From contig NZ_LN831039.1 in NCBI RefSeq assembly GCF_001457595.1, positions 4,200,001 through 4,232,000 on the forward strand: 32,000 nucleotides of DNA, in the 5' to 3' direction. Below, one piece after another: positions 1 to 9,184 of this stretch. Origin of the DNA: Mycolicibacterium smegmatis (GTDB lineage Bacteria > Actinomycetota > Actinomycetes > Mycobacteriales > Mycobacteriaceae). The translations under genes were made by a program, and so were the position numbers. Under the pieces are notes generated by a model, which did no database searches, had not been told where the DNA came from, and saw only the letters and a list, made by a program, of their open reading frames with translations. Position 1 is the stretch's first letter. Each line of letters begins with the position of its first letter.

Positions 1-1275
1 CGTTGTCGGCGCGTCAGGTTTCACCAAGTTGTCCGAGCCGACGATCAAACCCAGTCCGAGCGGGCCGACGACCTTTCCGAGGCCGCCTGCGCCGTAGGCG
101 AATCCCATGCCGGTGGCCCGCAATCGGCTGGGCCACACCTCAGCTGAGTAGGGGCCGACGACGGCGAAGCCACCTTCGGCGAAGAAGTAGACGGCGATCA
201 TCACGACAAGAAACACGGCCACTCCCCCGATGTATGCGTCGCCCGCCACGGCGGCGAGGATGACGAGCCCGGCCGCCGAGAAGGCAGCGAGCGCACCGGT
301 GAACCGACGCCCCCTGCTCTCGGAGAGGTGAGACAGGAAGAGGCGACCTGCCAGCGCTCCCATCGTGACGAACACCATGTACAGACCCGCTTGAGCCGGG
401 TCGATCCCGAGCGTCATGACAAGAAGCGTTGGTGCCCATAGCGCGATGCCGTAGACGCCCGTCTGGGCACCCAGATTGGTGACGGTCGACAGCAGCAGGC
501 TACGCGGGTATGCGAGCAGTTCTCGGACACTGGAACCGGCGGGGTCGTCGACTGCGTGTTCGCTGTCATCGTCGCTGCTCGCGAGCGGAAGTGATGCCGG
601 GTCGACCTGCAGAGCCCAGCCGACTGCCTTACGGGCGTCCTCGAAACGCCGTCTACGGAGCAGGAACCGGGGAGATTCGGGAACGGTGAACCGCGCCAGC
701 AGAAGCAGGAGACCGGATGCTCCTGTGAGGAGCAGGATTCCGCGCCAGCCGATCAGGTCCGAAAGCAGCCACACCATCAAGGAGCCCACGAGGAAACCGA
801 GTGGTACCGCTGCGGTCACGTAACCCGTTACACGCCCCCGCTTGCTGGTGGGCATGAACTCCTGGACCATCGGCAGATCCACCACGTAGAGCCCCCCGGC
901 ACCGAAGCCGACGACGACCCGGAGTACGGCAAGATAAACCCATCCGAGAGAGGCGTCTTCAGGAGTGAATGCCATCGCGGCGGTCGCGGCGGTGAACACC
1001 GTGATCGTGGTGAGAAACACCGGCCTTCGACCGATGCGGTCGGCCAGGCGGCCGAAGAATACCGCACCGACAACGGCGCCCAGTCCGGACGACAGCAAGA
1101 TCACCGAGGACTGTCCGAAGGTGAGCTGCCACGACGTCGAGACGAAAGTGACGATGAATCCGATGAGAAAATAGTCGAGAAACTCCAGGCATATCGCCGA
1201 GGTGGCGATGTATGCCAACCCCTTCTGTCGCCGGGTCAGCCTTTCACATGTGTCGAGCGCATCAATCGTTCCCAC
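1..1275 (-). CDS. MFS transporter (partial, C-terminus runs off the left edge)
   Basis: Reverse-strand translation from a GTG near 1275: VGTIDALDTCERLTRRQKGLAYIATSAICLEFLDYFLIGFIVTF..., continuing FGRLADRIGRRPVFL and VPESPRFLLRRRR, typical of MFS. The track misses it because it has no stop inside the window. Confidence 0.85.
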   Translation of the reverse strand, partial: MGTIDALDTCERLTRRQKGLAYIATSAICLEFLDYFLIGFIVTFVSTSWQLTFGQSSVILLSSGLGAVVGAVFFGRLADRIGRRPVFLTTITVFTAATAAMAFTPEDASLGWVYLAVLRVVVGFGAGGLYVVDLPMVQEFMPTSKRGRVTGYVTAAVPLGFLVGSLMVWLLSDLIGWRGILLLTGASGLLLLLARFTVPESPRFLLRRRRFEDARKAVGWALQVDPASLPLASSDDDSEHAVDDPAGSSVRELLAYPRSLLLSTVTNLGAQTGVYGIALWAPTLLVMTLGIDPAQAGLYMVFVTMGALAGRLFLSHLSESRGRRFTGALAAFSAAGLVILAAVAGDAYIGGVAVFLVVMIAVYFFAEGGFAVVGPYSAEVWPSRLRATGMGFAYGAGGLGKVVGPLGLGLIVGSDNLVKPDAPTT

Positions 1276-1586
1276 AAGCGTTTTCGCCTCTCTTCTACGA
1301 CCCGCTGCCCTGTGTGCGCGGTCCGTGTCTGCGCTCAATTGTGATGAGGAGCACTTGAGCAGACCATGGGAAGGAACACCGCGTTTGGGTCGATTCTTTG
1401 TGTGCAAACACAACCAAACCGGTTGCTCTGATCACCGAACTCAGAGAGATCTCCTTCAAGCCTTGCCGGCGGTGGGACGTCTCCGCAGCCGAGGTCGCCA
1501 CCCTCCAGCTCAAGCACTCGGCCGAACAACATCCGCTCGCAGATGAAGTCATCGAACTTGGCCGGAGTCGGCAGATTCTTGCCGGG

Positions 1587-1615
1587 TGATCCGCCCCGGC
1601 ATGTCGGGAGGTTCT
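1587..1615 (+). repeat. IS3-family terminal inverted repeat, left end
   Basis: TGATCCGCCCCGGCATGTCGGGAGGTTCT; the first 14 nt match the other end exactly. Confidence 0.88.
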
Positions 1616-1616
1616 C

Positions 1617-2570
1617 TTATCTGAGTGCCTCCTCGGCATGAGGGTGCCGTTGGCGGTGGTAGTAGAGCGCTTCGGCCCGATCGGGGGTCAGGTCCTGGCA
1701 GTAGCCGTTGGGTCGCTGACGGTTGTAGAAGGCCACCCATTCGGCGGTCCCCAGCGCCAGTTCGGTGGCACCGGGATAGAGCGGCTGGCGGTCGATGAGT
1801 TCGGTCTTGTAGCTGCTGTTCACCGATTCGGCCAGAGCATTATCGAAACTATCCCCGACGGATCCGACTGAAGGCAGGATCCCCTCAGCGGCCAGACGTT
1901 CGGTGAACGCGACCGCGGTGTATTGCGAGCCCGCGTCGCTGTGGTGGATAAGTGAATCCAAAGATGCTGCACCCGAACGCTTTCTGGTGTCGATAGCGTG
2001 GTCGATCGCATCGGTCACCAGCTTCTGGGTCATCTCGGTAGCCACCTTCCAACCCACGATCTTGCGGGCATAGACATCGGTGACGAACGCCGTGTAGGCC
2101 CAGCCGGCACGAGTCCGGCAGTAGGTGAAATCGGCCACCCACAATCGGTCAGGCGCACCGGCGACGAAATTACGCCGGACCCGATCCGGGGCTCGCGTCG
2201 CTGCCGGATCGGCGACGGTGGTGCGCACCCGCCGGCGCTTGCACGCACCCCGCCAACCCATCTCCCGCATGACCCGTTCCACGACACAGCGCGATACGTC
2301 GATACCATTGGTGCGCAATACAATCCATGTCTTACGAGCGCCCAGGACTCGGTACAGACTCTGCGATTGGCGAAGCTGCCAGATCGCATCGATCACCTGC
2401 GCATCGGCCCAGTCGGCTTTCGAGGGGCCCTGACGGGCGCGGTGGGCGTAATACGTCGACGGGGCGATCGTGACGCCGTACTCGGAAAGCACAGCGCACA
2501 TCGACTCGACACCCCACTTGAGACCATCAACGCCCACCCGCATGTGCTGGTGGGCGCTGATGAACTCCAC
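1617..2570 (-). CDS. IS3-family transposase orfB (DDE integrase core)
   Basis: APSTYYAHRARQ...RRVRTTVADPAATRAPDRVRRNFVAGAPDRLWVADFTYCRTRAGWAYTAFVTDVYARKIVGWK...HHSDAGSQYTAVAFTERLAAEGILPSVGSVGDSFDNALAESVNSSYKTELI, an IS3 orfB signature. Confidence 0.96.
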   Translation of the reverse strand: MEFISAHQHMRVGVDGLKWGVESMCAVLSEYGVTIAPSTYYAHRARQGPSKADWADAQVIDAIWQLRQSQSLYRVLGARKTWIVLRTNGIDVSRCVVERVMREMGWRGACKRRRVRTTVADPAATRAPDRVRRNFVAGAPDRLWVADFTYCRTRAGWAYTAFVTDVYARKIVGWKVATEMTQKLVTDAIDHAIDTRKRSGAASLDSLIHHSDAGSQYTAVAFTERLAAEGILPSVGSVGDSFDNALAESVNSSYKTELIDRQPLYPGATELALGTAEWVAFYNRQRPNGYCQDLTPDRAEALYYHRQRHPHAEEALR

Positions 2571-2572
2571 GA

Positions 2573-2899
2573 CTACTGAGAGGGCCGGTCGAGCTCGGCG
2601 GCGAAGAAAACCGAGGCCGCCTTCAAGATCGCGTTGGCCCGCTTGAGTTCGGCATTCTCCCGGCGCAGCTTGCGCAGGACCTCGGATTCCTCGCTGGTCT
2701 GCCCCGCCCGAGAGCCGGCGTCGATCTCAGCCTGGCGGACCCATTTGCGCACCGTTTCGGCAGTACCGACGCCCAGCAGGTCAGCAACCCGGCCCATCGC
2801 CTCCCACTCCGAAACTGTCTCGCTGCGCAGATCGGCCACCATCTGCACCGCCCGCACCTTCAGCTCGTCTGGATACCGCCTCGATGACTTCGATCCCAC
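2573..2899 (-). CDS. IS3-family transposase orfA (HTH)
   Basis: MGSKSSRRYPDELKVRAVQMVADLR...VRKWVRQAEIDAG...EESEVLRKLRRENAELKRANAILKAASVFFAAELDRPSQ, with helix-turn-helix and leucine-zipper pattern. Confidence 0.95.
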   Translation of the reverse strand: MGSKSSRRYPDELKVRAVQMVADLRSETVSEWEAMGRVADLLGVGTAETVRKWVRQAEIDAGSRAGQTSEESEVLRKLRRENAELKRANAILKAASVFFAAELDRPSQ

Positions 2900-2920
2900 G
2901 TGCCCATCCTTCCCAACGGA

Positions 2921-2950
2921 AGAACTCTCCAGACACGCCGGGGCGGATCA
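2921..2950 (-). repeat. IS3-family terminal inverted repeat, right end
   Basis: Reverse complement TGATCCGCCCCGGCGTGTCTGGAGAGTTCT. Confidence 0.88.
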
Positions 2951-4037
2951 GGGAGTCACAGCCACCGGGCAATCCAATCCACGTTCGGGATGGTCCCAAT
3001 CAGCGGGTGTACCCAGGCCGGCGAGGTTCGTATCTCTCAGTGCCGACAGGTAGGCGCGGCGAAGCGAGTTGTTGGATGCGAGCAGACACTTCAGCACGGC
3101 AGCGGACGGTGCCCACCCGACGAACCGATCCGGGTGCTCGCCAATCAGAGCGGTGAACACGATCGCACCACCCGGACTGTGCCGAGACATCCCTGAGGCC
3201 AGCAGCAGCAGGCGCGTTTGCCACCATTGTTGTCCGTCGCCCAGGTTGACGACGACGACCTGGCTTGCTGTTCCGGCCTTCAGTGCTTGAAGAGTGCTCT
3301 CACCGGAGGGATCGATGATCGGCGACCCCGGCGGAGTCCCGAGGTTCCCGGAGATCTCTATTCTCGCCGCCGCCCCCGCCGATTGCACCGCATTCCTCAC
3401 CGCCGCAAAGCTCACCTGCACGCCGGCCGCTTTGATCGAAGTAACTCGTTCGAGGATGAGCGCGAGGACGGGGATGACCCCAAGACCTACGACGACAAGG
3501 GCAACGAGCGGGGAAATCCTGTTGTCGCCGAGCTACCCAGCGCGACGCACTGGTCGTCGGTTACGCAGCCCCTCGGACAGCGCACGGGCGAGTGCCCTGG
3601 ACGCGGTCTGCAGCGTGTTGCCGTAGCTGACACCACATTGCCGAGTGGCTTCCTCGTTCATCACCGCTCACAACGCAGTTCGCGCACCGGCAGGTCAATC
3701 AACATCGATACCGAGAAAGCGTGATTTCCCCGCTGCGACATAATCGCCTCCTGCTGACGTGCTGGCCTACCGGTGAGAACGTTGCGGCTCGAATCGACGT
3801 TCTGATGGGTTGACGGCTCCACGGAAAGGACGTGCCTAATGTCGGAGACACTGCCGAAGTCACCAAGGGTGAGCTTCTAGAGGTGCAGTACGGTGACTGT
3901 CCGGCCAGAGTGTCGCGACACCTATCTCAACGAGCTACTCACAGGCCAGGGCGCTTCCGGGTTGCCTGCTGCTCAAGGTGGGTGCATCTGCATCGCTGGT
4001 CAGAGAGCGCTGTCCATTCCGCCATCGACCGCTCGGA

Positions 4038-6782
4038 TCACCGCAGCTTCATTGCTCGCAACTGGCGGCGGGACTTGATGGCCAGTTTGGCGTAGACGTT
4101 GCTCAAGTGCCACTCGACGGTGTGCGCACTGATGAATAACTGCGATCCGATCTCGGTGTTGGTCAGTCCGGCTGCCGCCAACTGGGCAACCTGCGTTTCC
4201 TGCGGGGTCAGCGCCGTCCCAGTGCGCTTGCGTTTGACGGTCTTCTCCCCCAGGGGAATCAGTTCACGGGCGGCTCGATCGGCGAAGGCGTTAACCCCAA
4301 ATCCTTGCAACATTTCGTGAGCGAGGCGTAGGTGGTGGCGAGCATCGTTGCGGCGGTTCATCCGCCGGAGCCATTCTCCATAGAGCAGGTGGGCGCGTGC
4401 CAGCTGAACCTTTACTCGGCTGCGACCCAAGTGGCCGATCGCGTCGAGATAGAGAGGTTCCGCGGCGTCGTCAGCGGCCAGTAGCGCGGCACTGCGCGCA
4501 GCGATGCCCAGCCCCCACGGGGTAGATGCAGCACCAATTCGAAGCTTGAGTTTGTTGAGCGCGTCGGCGGCGAGGTCGTCGCGGCCCGCACGCACGGCGC
4601 ATTCGACCAGCTCGCTGAGGTTCCAGCCGACAATCCCCAGATCGTCGTATTCGCAGGCGGGTTGCAACGCCTCCATGGCGACGTCGTATCGGCCCAAGCC
4701 GTTGTTGAGCACACCGTTGGCGTAGGCGGCGAGGGCGATCACTCGGCCCTCACCGCGCTGCAGACCATCGCGAAGAGCCGCCGCTGCCATCGCGGTCGTC
4801 TCGCCGTCGTTGCCGGCCCATGACGCCAACGTCAGCTTGTGGTACCGCAGCGGCGCATGCCCGATGGCCGAGGAAATGTCGTCCGCTTCGGCGATCAGCA
4901 GCCGGGCGCCGGCCAGGTCGCCGGCCATCACGAGTGCACCGGCTCGGCTGACCAACGCTGTGGGAAGGATCTGCAGCGCGGCTGTCTCGGTCGCGAGGTG
5001 CACAGCGACCTCCGAGAGTCGCTCCCACGCTTCGTCATCCCATGTCTCGTGAAGGGAAACCTCCAGGGCCAATGGAAAGGCCTCCCATTGCCAGCCGTGT
5101 TCGGTGACGGAGGCGACGGCTGTGCGAATTGCGGCGATCCCGCCCGCGATGTCAGGACTCACTCTGCGCGCCAATCCCCTGGCGAGCAGTCCTACCGGCC
5201 GGCGCCCGCGGCCATCGTCGCGGAGATGCAATATGGCGGAGGCCATTTGCTCCAGGGCGGTGGAATCAGCCAAGCGCCCGGCATATATCAGGCCACATAT
5301 TGCCTCCAGATATGCTTGATCGGCTTCGGCGGGATCAAGTGGCCTCAGTCGAGCCGCCGCCTTGGACATCGTGGCGGCGTGGTCGGCCAGCGGGGGTCCC
5401 GACGGGTCGGTGCGACGGCGGTGAAACGCCAGTTGCGTCTCAAGATGCAGGCGCCGGGCCTCGTCGAGATCGTCGAGTGGTGACAGTGACGCGGCGGTCA
5501 CCAACTCGGTGGCGGCATTGAAGTCTGCGGCGCGCCGTTTGGCGTGCGCTGCTTCCAGGGCGCGCTGCCCGCGCCGAACCGGATCCCTTGTCAACTCGAA
5601 CGCCTGGGTGAGAAATGCTGCGGCGGCGGCGATGCCGCCGCGCTGGTGAGCGCGGGTAGCGGCCTGTTCCAGTTCGTCGGCCACCGACTCGTCGGGCCCT
5701 GTGGAGGCGAATGCGCGATGCCATGCGCGGCGGTCGGGATCTTCGGATGGGTCGATGCTCTTTGCAAGGGCCGCGTGCACCCGATGGCGTTGGTCGGCGT
5801 CTGCGTCGGCGTAGGCCACCGAGCGCACCAGCGGATGACCAAACCGCACACGGGTATCGATATTGATCAGTCGCGCCGACCGCAAGGAAGCCAACGCCGA
5901 TGCCGCGATGCCGAGGGACTCGGCCGCGCGGGAAAGCAGCGCGGGATCACCGACCGGTTCAGCAGCAGCCAGCGTCAGCAACAGCCGGGCATCGTCCCCC
6001 AGAGTCAAGATGCGCTGCAGGTAACGAGCCTCGATACTTTCCTCCACCGGATATGCGTCCGGTCTGTGGTATCCGCCCGCCAGATCGGCGGGTCCCAGAT
6101 CGCGCAGTATTTCCAACAATGCCAACGGATTGCCGCGCGTCTCGGCGACGATACGGTCTCGCACTCTCGGGTCGATACGCCCCAGAACCGCACCGTCGAG
6201 CAGTTCACGCGCGTCCGGCACCGATAGCCCTGATATCACAAGCTCTGGAAAGCCCCGCAGCTCAGTGATTTTCTCACGGCACGCGAAGACGATCATCACG
6301 CGTTCGGCCAACAGACGTCTTGCGACAAAACTCAGTGTTTGCGCTGACACCTGATCGAGCCACTGAGCGTCATCGACGACACATAACACCGGGCGGTCTT
6401 CCGATGCCGTGGCGATCAGGCCCAATACAGCCAGTCCGACCAGAAATCGATCTGGCGCGGGGCCCGAAGCCTGCCCGAACGCTGTGGCCAGCGCCTGCCG
6501 CTGCGGGACCGGTAGTTCCTCGACTGGCTCTCCCCACAGAACAGCGATGAGCCGATGCACACCGGCAAACGGCAGTTCCATATCGGACTCCACGCCTGCG
6601 GTGCGCAGCACTCTGAACTCAGATGCGACCGCGTCTGACAGGTGATCGATGAGCGCGGTCTTGCCGATGCCCGCCTCCCCGCGCAGCACGACCACCGCGC
6701 TGTGACCGGCACGGCTTGACGCCACGAGCTTGCTCAGGGCGGCCAACTCCGTGGTCCTGCCCCGCAACACGGTCTCACTCAC
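4038..6782 (-). CDS. LuxR-family transcriptional regulator, large ATP-binding (LAL/MalT-like) type
   Basis: N-terminal Walker A region RAGHSAVVVLRGEAGIGKTALIDHL, Walker B-like RPVLCVVDDAQWLD, and C-terminal LuxR HTH LTPQETQVAQLAAAGLTNTEIGSQLFISAHTVEWHLSNVYAKLAIKSRRQL. Confidence 0.95.
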   Translation of the reverse strand: MSETVLRGRTTELAALSKLVASSRAGHSAVVVLRGEAGIGKTALIDHLSDAVASEFRVLRTAGVESDMELPFAGVHRLIAVLWGEPVEELPVPQRQALATAFGQASGPAPDRFLVGLAVLGLIATASEDRPVLCVVDDAQWLDQVSAQTLSFVARRLLAERVMIVFACREKITELRGFPELVISGLSVPDARELLDGAVLGRIDPRVRDRIVAETRGNPLALLEILRDLGPADLAGGYHRPDAYPVEESIEARYLQRILTLGDDARLLLTLAAAEPVGDPALLSRAAESLGIAASALASLRSARLINIDTRVRFGHPLVRSVAYADADADQRHRVHAALAKSIDPSEDPDRRAWHRAFASTGPDESVADELEQAATRAHQRGGIAAAAAFLTQAFELTRDPVRRGQRALEAAHAKRRAADFNAATELVTAASLSPLDDLDEARRLHLETQLAFHRRRTDPSGPPLADHAATMSKAAARLRPLDPAEADQAYLEAICGLIYAGRLADSTALEQMASAILHLRDDGRGRRPVGLLARGLARRVSPDIAGGIAAIRTAVASVTEHGWQWEAFPLALEVSLHETWDDEAWERLSEVAVHLATETAALQILPTALVSRAGALVMAGDLAGARLLIAEADDISSAIGHAPLRYHKLTLASWAGNDGETTAMAAAALRDGLQRGEGRVIALAAYANGVLNNGLGRYDVAMEALQPACEYDDLGIVGWNLSELVECAVRAGRDDLAADALNKLKLRIGAASTPWGLGIAARSAALLAADDAAEPLYLDAIGHLGRSRVKVQLARAHLLYGEWLRRMNRRNDARHHLRLAHEMLQGFGVNAFADRAARELIPLGEKTVKRKRTGTALTPQETQVAQLAAAGLTNTEIGSQLFISAHTVEWHLSNVYAKLAIKSRRQLRAMKLR

Positions 6783-7181
6783 CAGACGCCACGATCACAC
6801 GGCATCACTGCGGGTAGCCGAACCAGATGACACCGCCACACCGCCAACCCTACGGTCGCCTGCGCCTTCGCGGGCTCGTACCGCACCTCGCACGCCGTCG
6901 AGTCAGCCGACACCGCCGCCGGAGGCCAGGGATCGGCCCCAGAACCCAGGGGGTTTCCGGGGGGCGCAGCGGCGTCCGAAATGGCAGCGTTGAACTGTGT
7001 CCACCGTCGAGCTCAAACCTCTCACCTCGGGGTTCGCCGCGACCCGCGCTGGGTCCGCCGACACCCTGCCGCCGCTGCCCTACCTTGAAGCGACGGCCGC
7101 GCCGACACCCCGATGGCCCAGCGTGCCGATACACCCCAGCAGGCGAGGCCGCAGCGTGCAGGGCCCGGACGGCGCAACCTC

Positions 7182-7972
7182 ATGAACATCACCCCCACCA
7201 CTACTACTCCGGCCACAGTTCGCGGAAACGGCCGTATCGCTCTGATCACAGGCGCCAGCCGCGGTATCGGCGCCGCCAGCGCGGCGTTGTTCGGCCAACG
7301 TGGCTATCGGGTCGCTGTCCATCACGAACACAACGCCATCGAAGCCCATCACGTAGCCGACGCCATCAACGATCACGGCGGCGACGCCCTTGTCGTGCAA
7401 GCTGATCTCACTCGCGCCGAAGATGTCGCCGAGATGACCGACGCGATCACCCACCACTGGGGTCCCGTTGAGGTGCTGATCATGACGGACGACGACCATA
7501 CGAGCGCACTTCCTTCGCCGCTCTGAGCATCGATCGACTCGAACATGCTGTCGCTCAAGAACTTCGGGCAGCGTTCCTGGTCACCAAAGCAGTCATTCCT
7601 GCCATGATCGCTGGTGATTACGGCCGGCTCGTCTATCTGAGCGTCGCGCATTCCCGCCTCCCGCAAGACAAGCGGATCGTCGAAGGCACAGCGAAAGCCG
7701 CGCTCGATCAATTCGTCCGCTACCTCGCTCAAGAACTTGCCCCGCACGGGATCCCCGCCAACCTCGTCGCGCCGGGCAACGTCGCCGGTGTCGATGCAGG
7801 CCGCGAGGCGTGGACCGACGACGAACTCTGGGTCCTGGGAACGGCCAACACCCCGGCCCGGTTGGTACTGCCCGGTGATGTCGCCCGCACGGTCGAGTTC
7901 TTCGCCAGCGACGACTGTGTCATCACCACCGGTCACTATGCGCCAGTCAACGCAGGACTCGCCGTCCGGTGA
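7182..7972 (+). pseudogene. SDR-family oxidoreductase, frame-disrupted
   Basis: MNITPTTTTPATVRGNGRIALITGASRGIGAASAALFGQRGYRV...WGPVEVLIM in one frame (stop at 7526); homologous continuation PYERTSFAALSIDRLEHAVAQELRAAFLVTKAVIPAMIAGDYGRLVYLS...GTAKAALDQFVRYLAQELAPHGIPANLVAPGNVAG...APVNAGLAVR lies in another frame, ending at 7972. Confidence 0.75.
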
Positions 7973-8045
7973 ACTCCACCCGCGCTGTCTTGCAACCAAA
8001 ACCGGCGACTCACCGACTCGCCCATACGAAAGGTTCTCGACAACC

Positions 8046-8804
8046 ATGATCGCATCGACGAAGAAGATCACCATCGTCGGAGCCACCGGCCTGATCGGAC
8101 GGCAACTGACCCCGCTGCTTCGCGAAGCCGGACATGACGTAACCGAGGCCTCCCGCGCCTCTGGCACCGACCTCGTGACCGGCGAGGGCCTCGATGTCGC
8201 ACTGACTGACGCCGACGTCGTGGTCGACGTGATCAACTCCGCGACCCCCGACGATTCTGCAGAGAAGTTCTTCAAGCAGACCTCGGCCAACCTGTCAGCC
8301 GCCGCGGCCCAGGCCGGCGTCGGCCACTACGTCGTACTGTCGATCGTCGGCGTCGACGCAATGGCGGCCAACGCCGGCTACATCCGCGGGAAGTTGGCCC
8401 AAGAGAGCGCCGCCGCCAAGTCAGGAATCCCCTGGACCGTCGTACGCGCCACTCAATTCCACGAACTGGCCGAACCGATCACCGAATCCTTGATAACCGG
8501 GGAGCAGGTACGCGCCCCCAAAGCACTCATCCAGACAATCGACTCCAAGGAAGTCACGGCGATCCTTGCCAGAATCGCGACCGGTTCGCCATTCAACGCG
8601 ATCCACAATCTCGGCGGCCCACAGAAGATGACCTTCGCCGACATGGCCCGCGCCGTTCTGGTCCATCAGAGCCGTGAACTCGAAGTCATCGATGACCCTG
8701 CGGCGACGTACCAGGGCCTGCCGGTCGACAACACCACACTCGTCACCGACGACGAAGCAGAACTCGGCACCACTCGACTATCCGACTGGCTGGCGCTCCA
8801 CTGA
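8046..8804 (+). CDS. NAD(P)-binding SDR/NmrA-like oxidoreductase
   Basis: From internal ATG at 8046: MIASTKKITIVGATGLIGRQLTPLLREAGHDVTEASRASGTDL..., with a GxxGxxG Rossmann motif. The track start at 7737 overlaps the previous gene and is unlikely. Confidence 0.9.
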   Translation: MIASTKKITIVGATGLIGRQLTPLLREAGHDVTEASRASGTDLVTGEGLDVALTDADVVVDVINSATPDDSAEKFFKQTSANLSAAAAQAGVGHYVVLSIVGVDAMAANAGYIRGKLAQESAAAKSGIPWTVVRATQFHELAEPITESLITGEQVRAPKALIQTIDSKEVTAILARIATGSPFNAIHNLGGPQKMTFADMARAVLVHQSRELEVIDDPAATYQGLPVDNTTLVTDDEAELGTTRLSDWLALH

Positions 8805-9164
8805 CCGGGCACCCCACCTTCACCATCCCGCCGGGGTCGCCAGAAGCTCAACGCAAGCCGGCTTTCCCTTGCCGTTCGCAGATTGTCACTTCGACGGTGA
8901 CCGACGAGTCACTACGGTGTCGAAAGACATACGGATGACAGTCCGCTTGAGAAAACAACACTCAATTTGAGAGTCGACAAGCTGCATCCTCCGATGTCAG
9001 TCGACTATCGGGCCCAATATGCCCTCTAAACCTGACGAATCCCAATTTCGTGTCACAAGTCGAACAACCGGTCTTTGATGGACCGCAACGCCGGGATTTT
9101 CGGCTTGAGCTTGCAGTGGAGGCTTGACAGCACCCGTGTAGACGCCCTTATGATCTGGACAACA

Positions 9165-9177
9165 GTTAATTGTTAAC
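9165..9177. promoter_or_regulatory. Candidate operator GTTAATTGTTAAC
   Basis: GTTAA-TTG-TTAAC inverted repeat at the start of the GntR gene; TTGTTAAC recurs at the transporter start. Confidence 0.5.
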
Positions 9178-9184
9178 ACTGGGG

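Larger units (their letters stand above)
1587..2950 (-). mobile_element. IS3-family insertion sequence, complete, 1364 bp
   Basis: Left end TGATCCGCCCCGGCATGTCGGGAGGTTCT and right end (reverse complement) TGATCCGCCCCGGCGTGTCTGGAGAGTTCT form terminal inverted repeats; flanked by GGG at 1584-1586 and 2951-2953; encloses orfA and orfB. Confidence 0.92.
1335..3532 (-). pseudogene. Unknown protein with N-terminal membrane segment, split by the IS3 element
   Basis: Open minus frame LGDNRISPLVALVVVGLGVIPVLALILERVTSIKAAGVQVSFAAVRNAVQ...GMSRHSPGGAIVFTALIGEHPDRFVGWAPSAAVLKCLLASNNSLRRAYLSAL...PVAVTP ends at the TGA that is the first trinucleotide of the IS. Deleting IS plus one GGG restores PVAVTP-GKNLPTPAKFDDFICERMLFGRVLELEGGDLGCGDV... 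to a stop at 1335. Confidence 0.6.

Noticed and set aside
1398-1589. 63-aa plus ORF (MCANTTKPVALITELREISFK...) that also stops exactly at the IS terminus
   Set aside because: Also becomes open across the IS after excision, but its first-codon-position GC exceeds its third-position GC, suggesting it is the antisense image of the minus-strand gene.
3832-4095. Small plus-strand ORFs at 3832..4095 and 3893..4078
   Set aside because: Overlap the C-terminal end of the LuxR-family gene and show no recognisable domain or clear ribosome-binding site.
4839-5483. 214-aa plus-strand ORF and neighbouring plus ORFs (5544..6227 and others)
   Set aside because: Antisense to the large LuxR-family regulator, whose domains are clear throughout.
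7373-8290. 305-aa minus-strand ORF
   Set aside because: Antisense to the SDR remnant and NmrA-like gene; Ser/Thr/Arg-rich with no domain.
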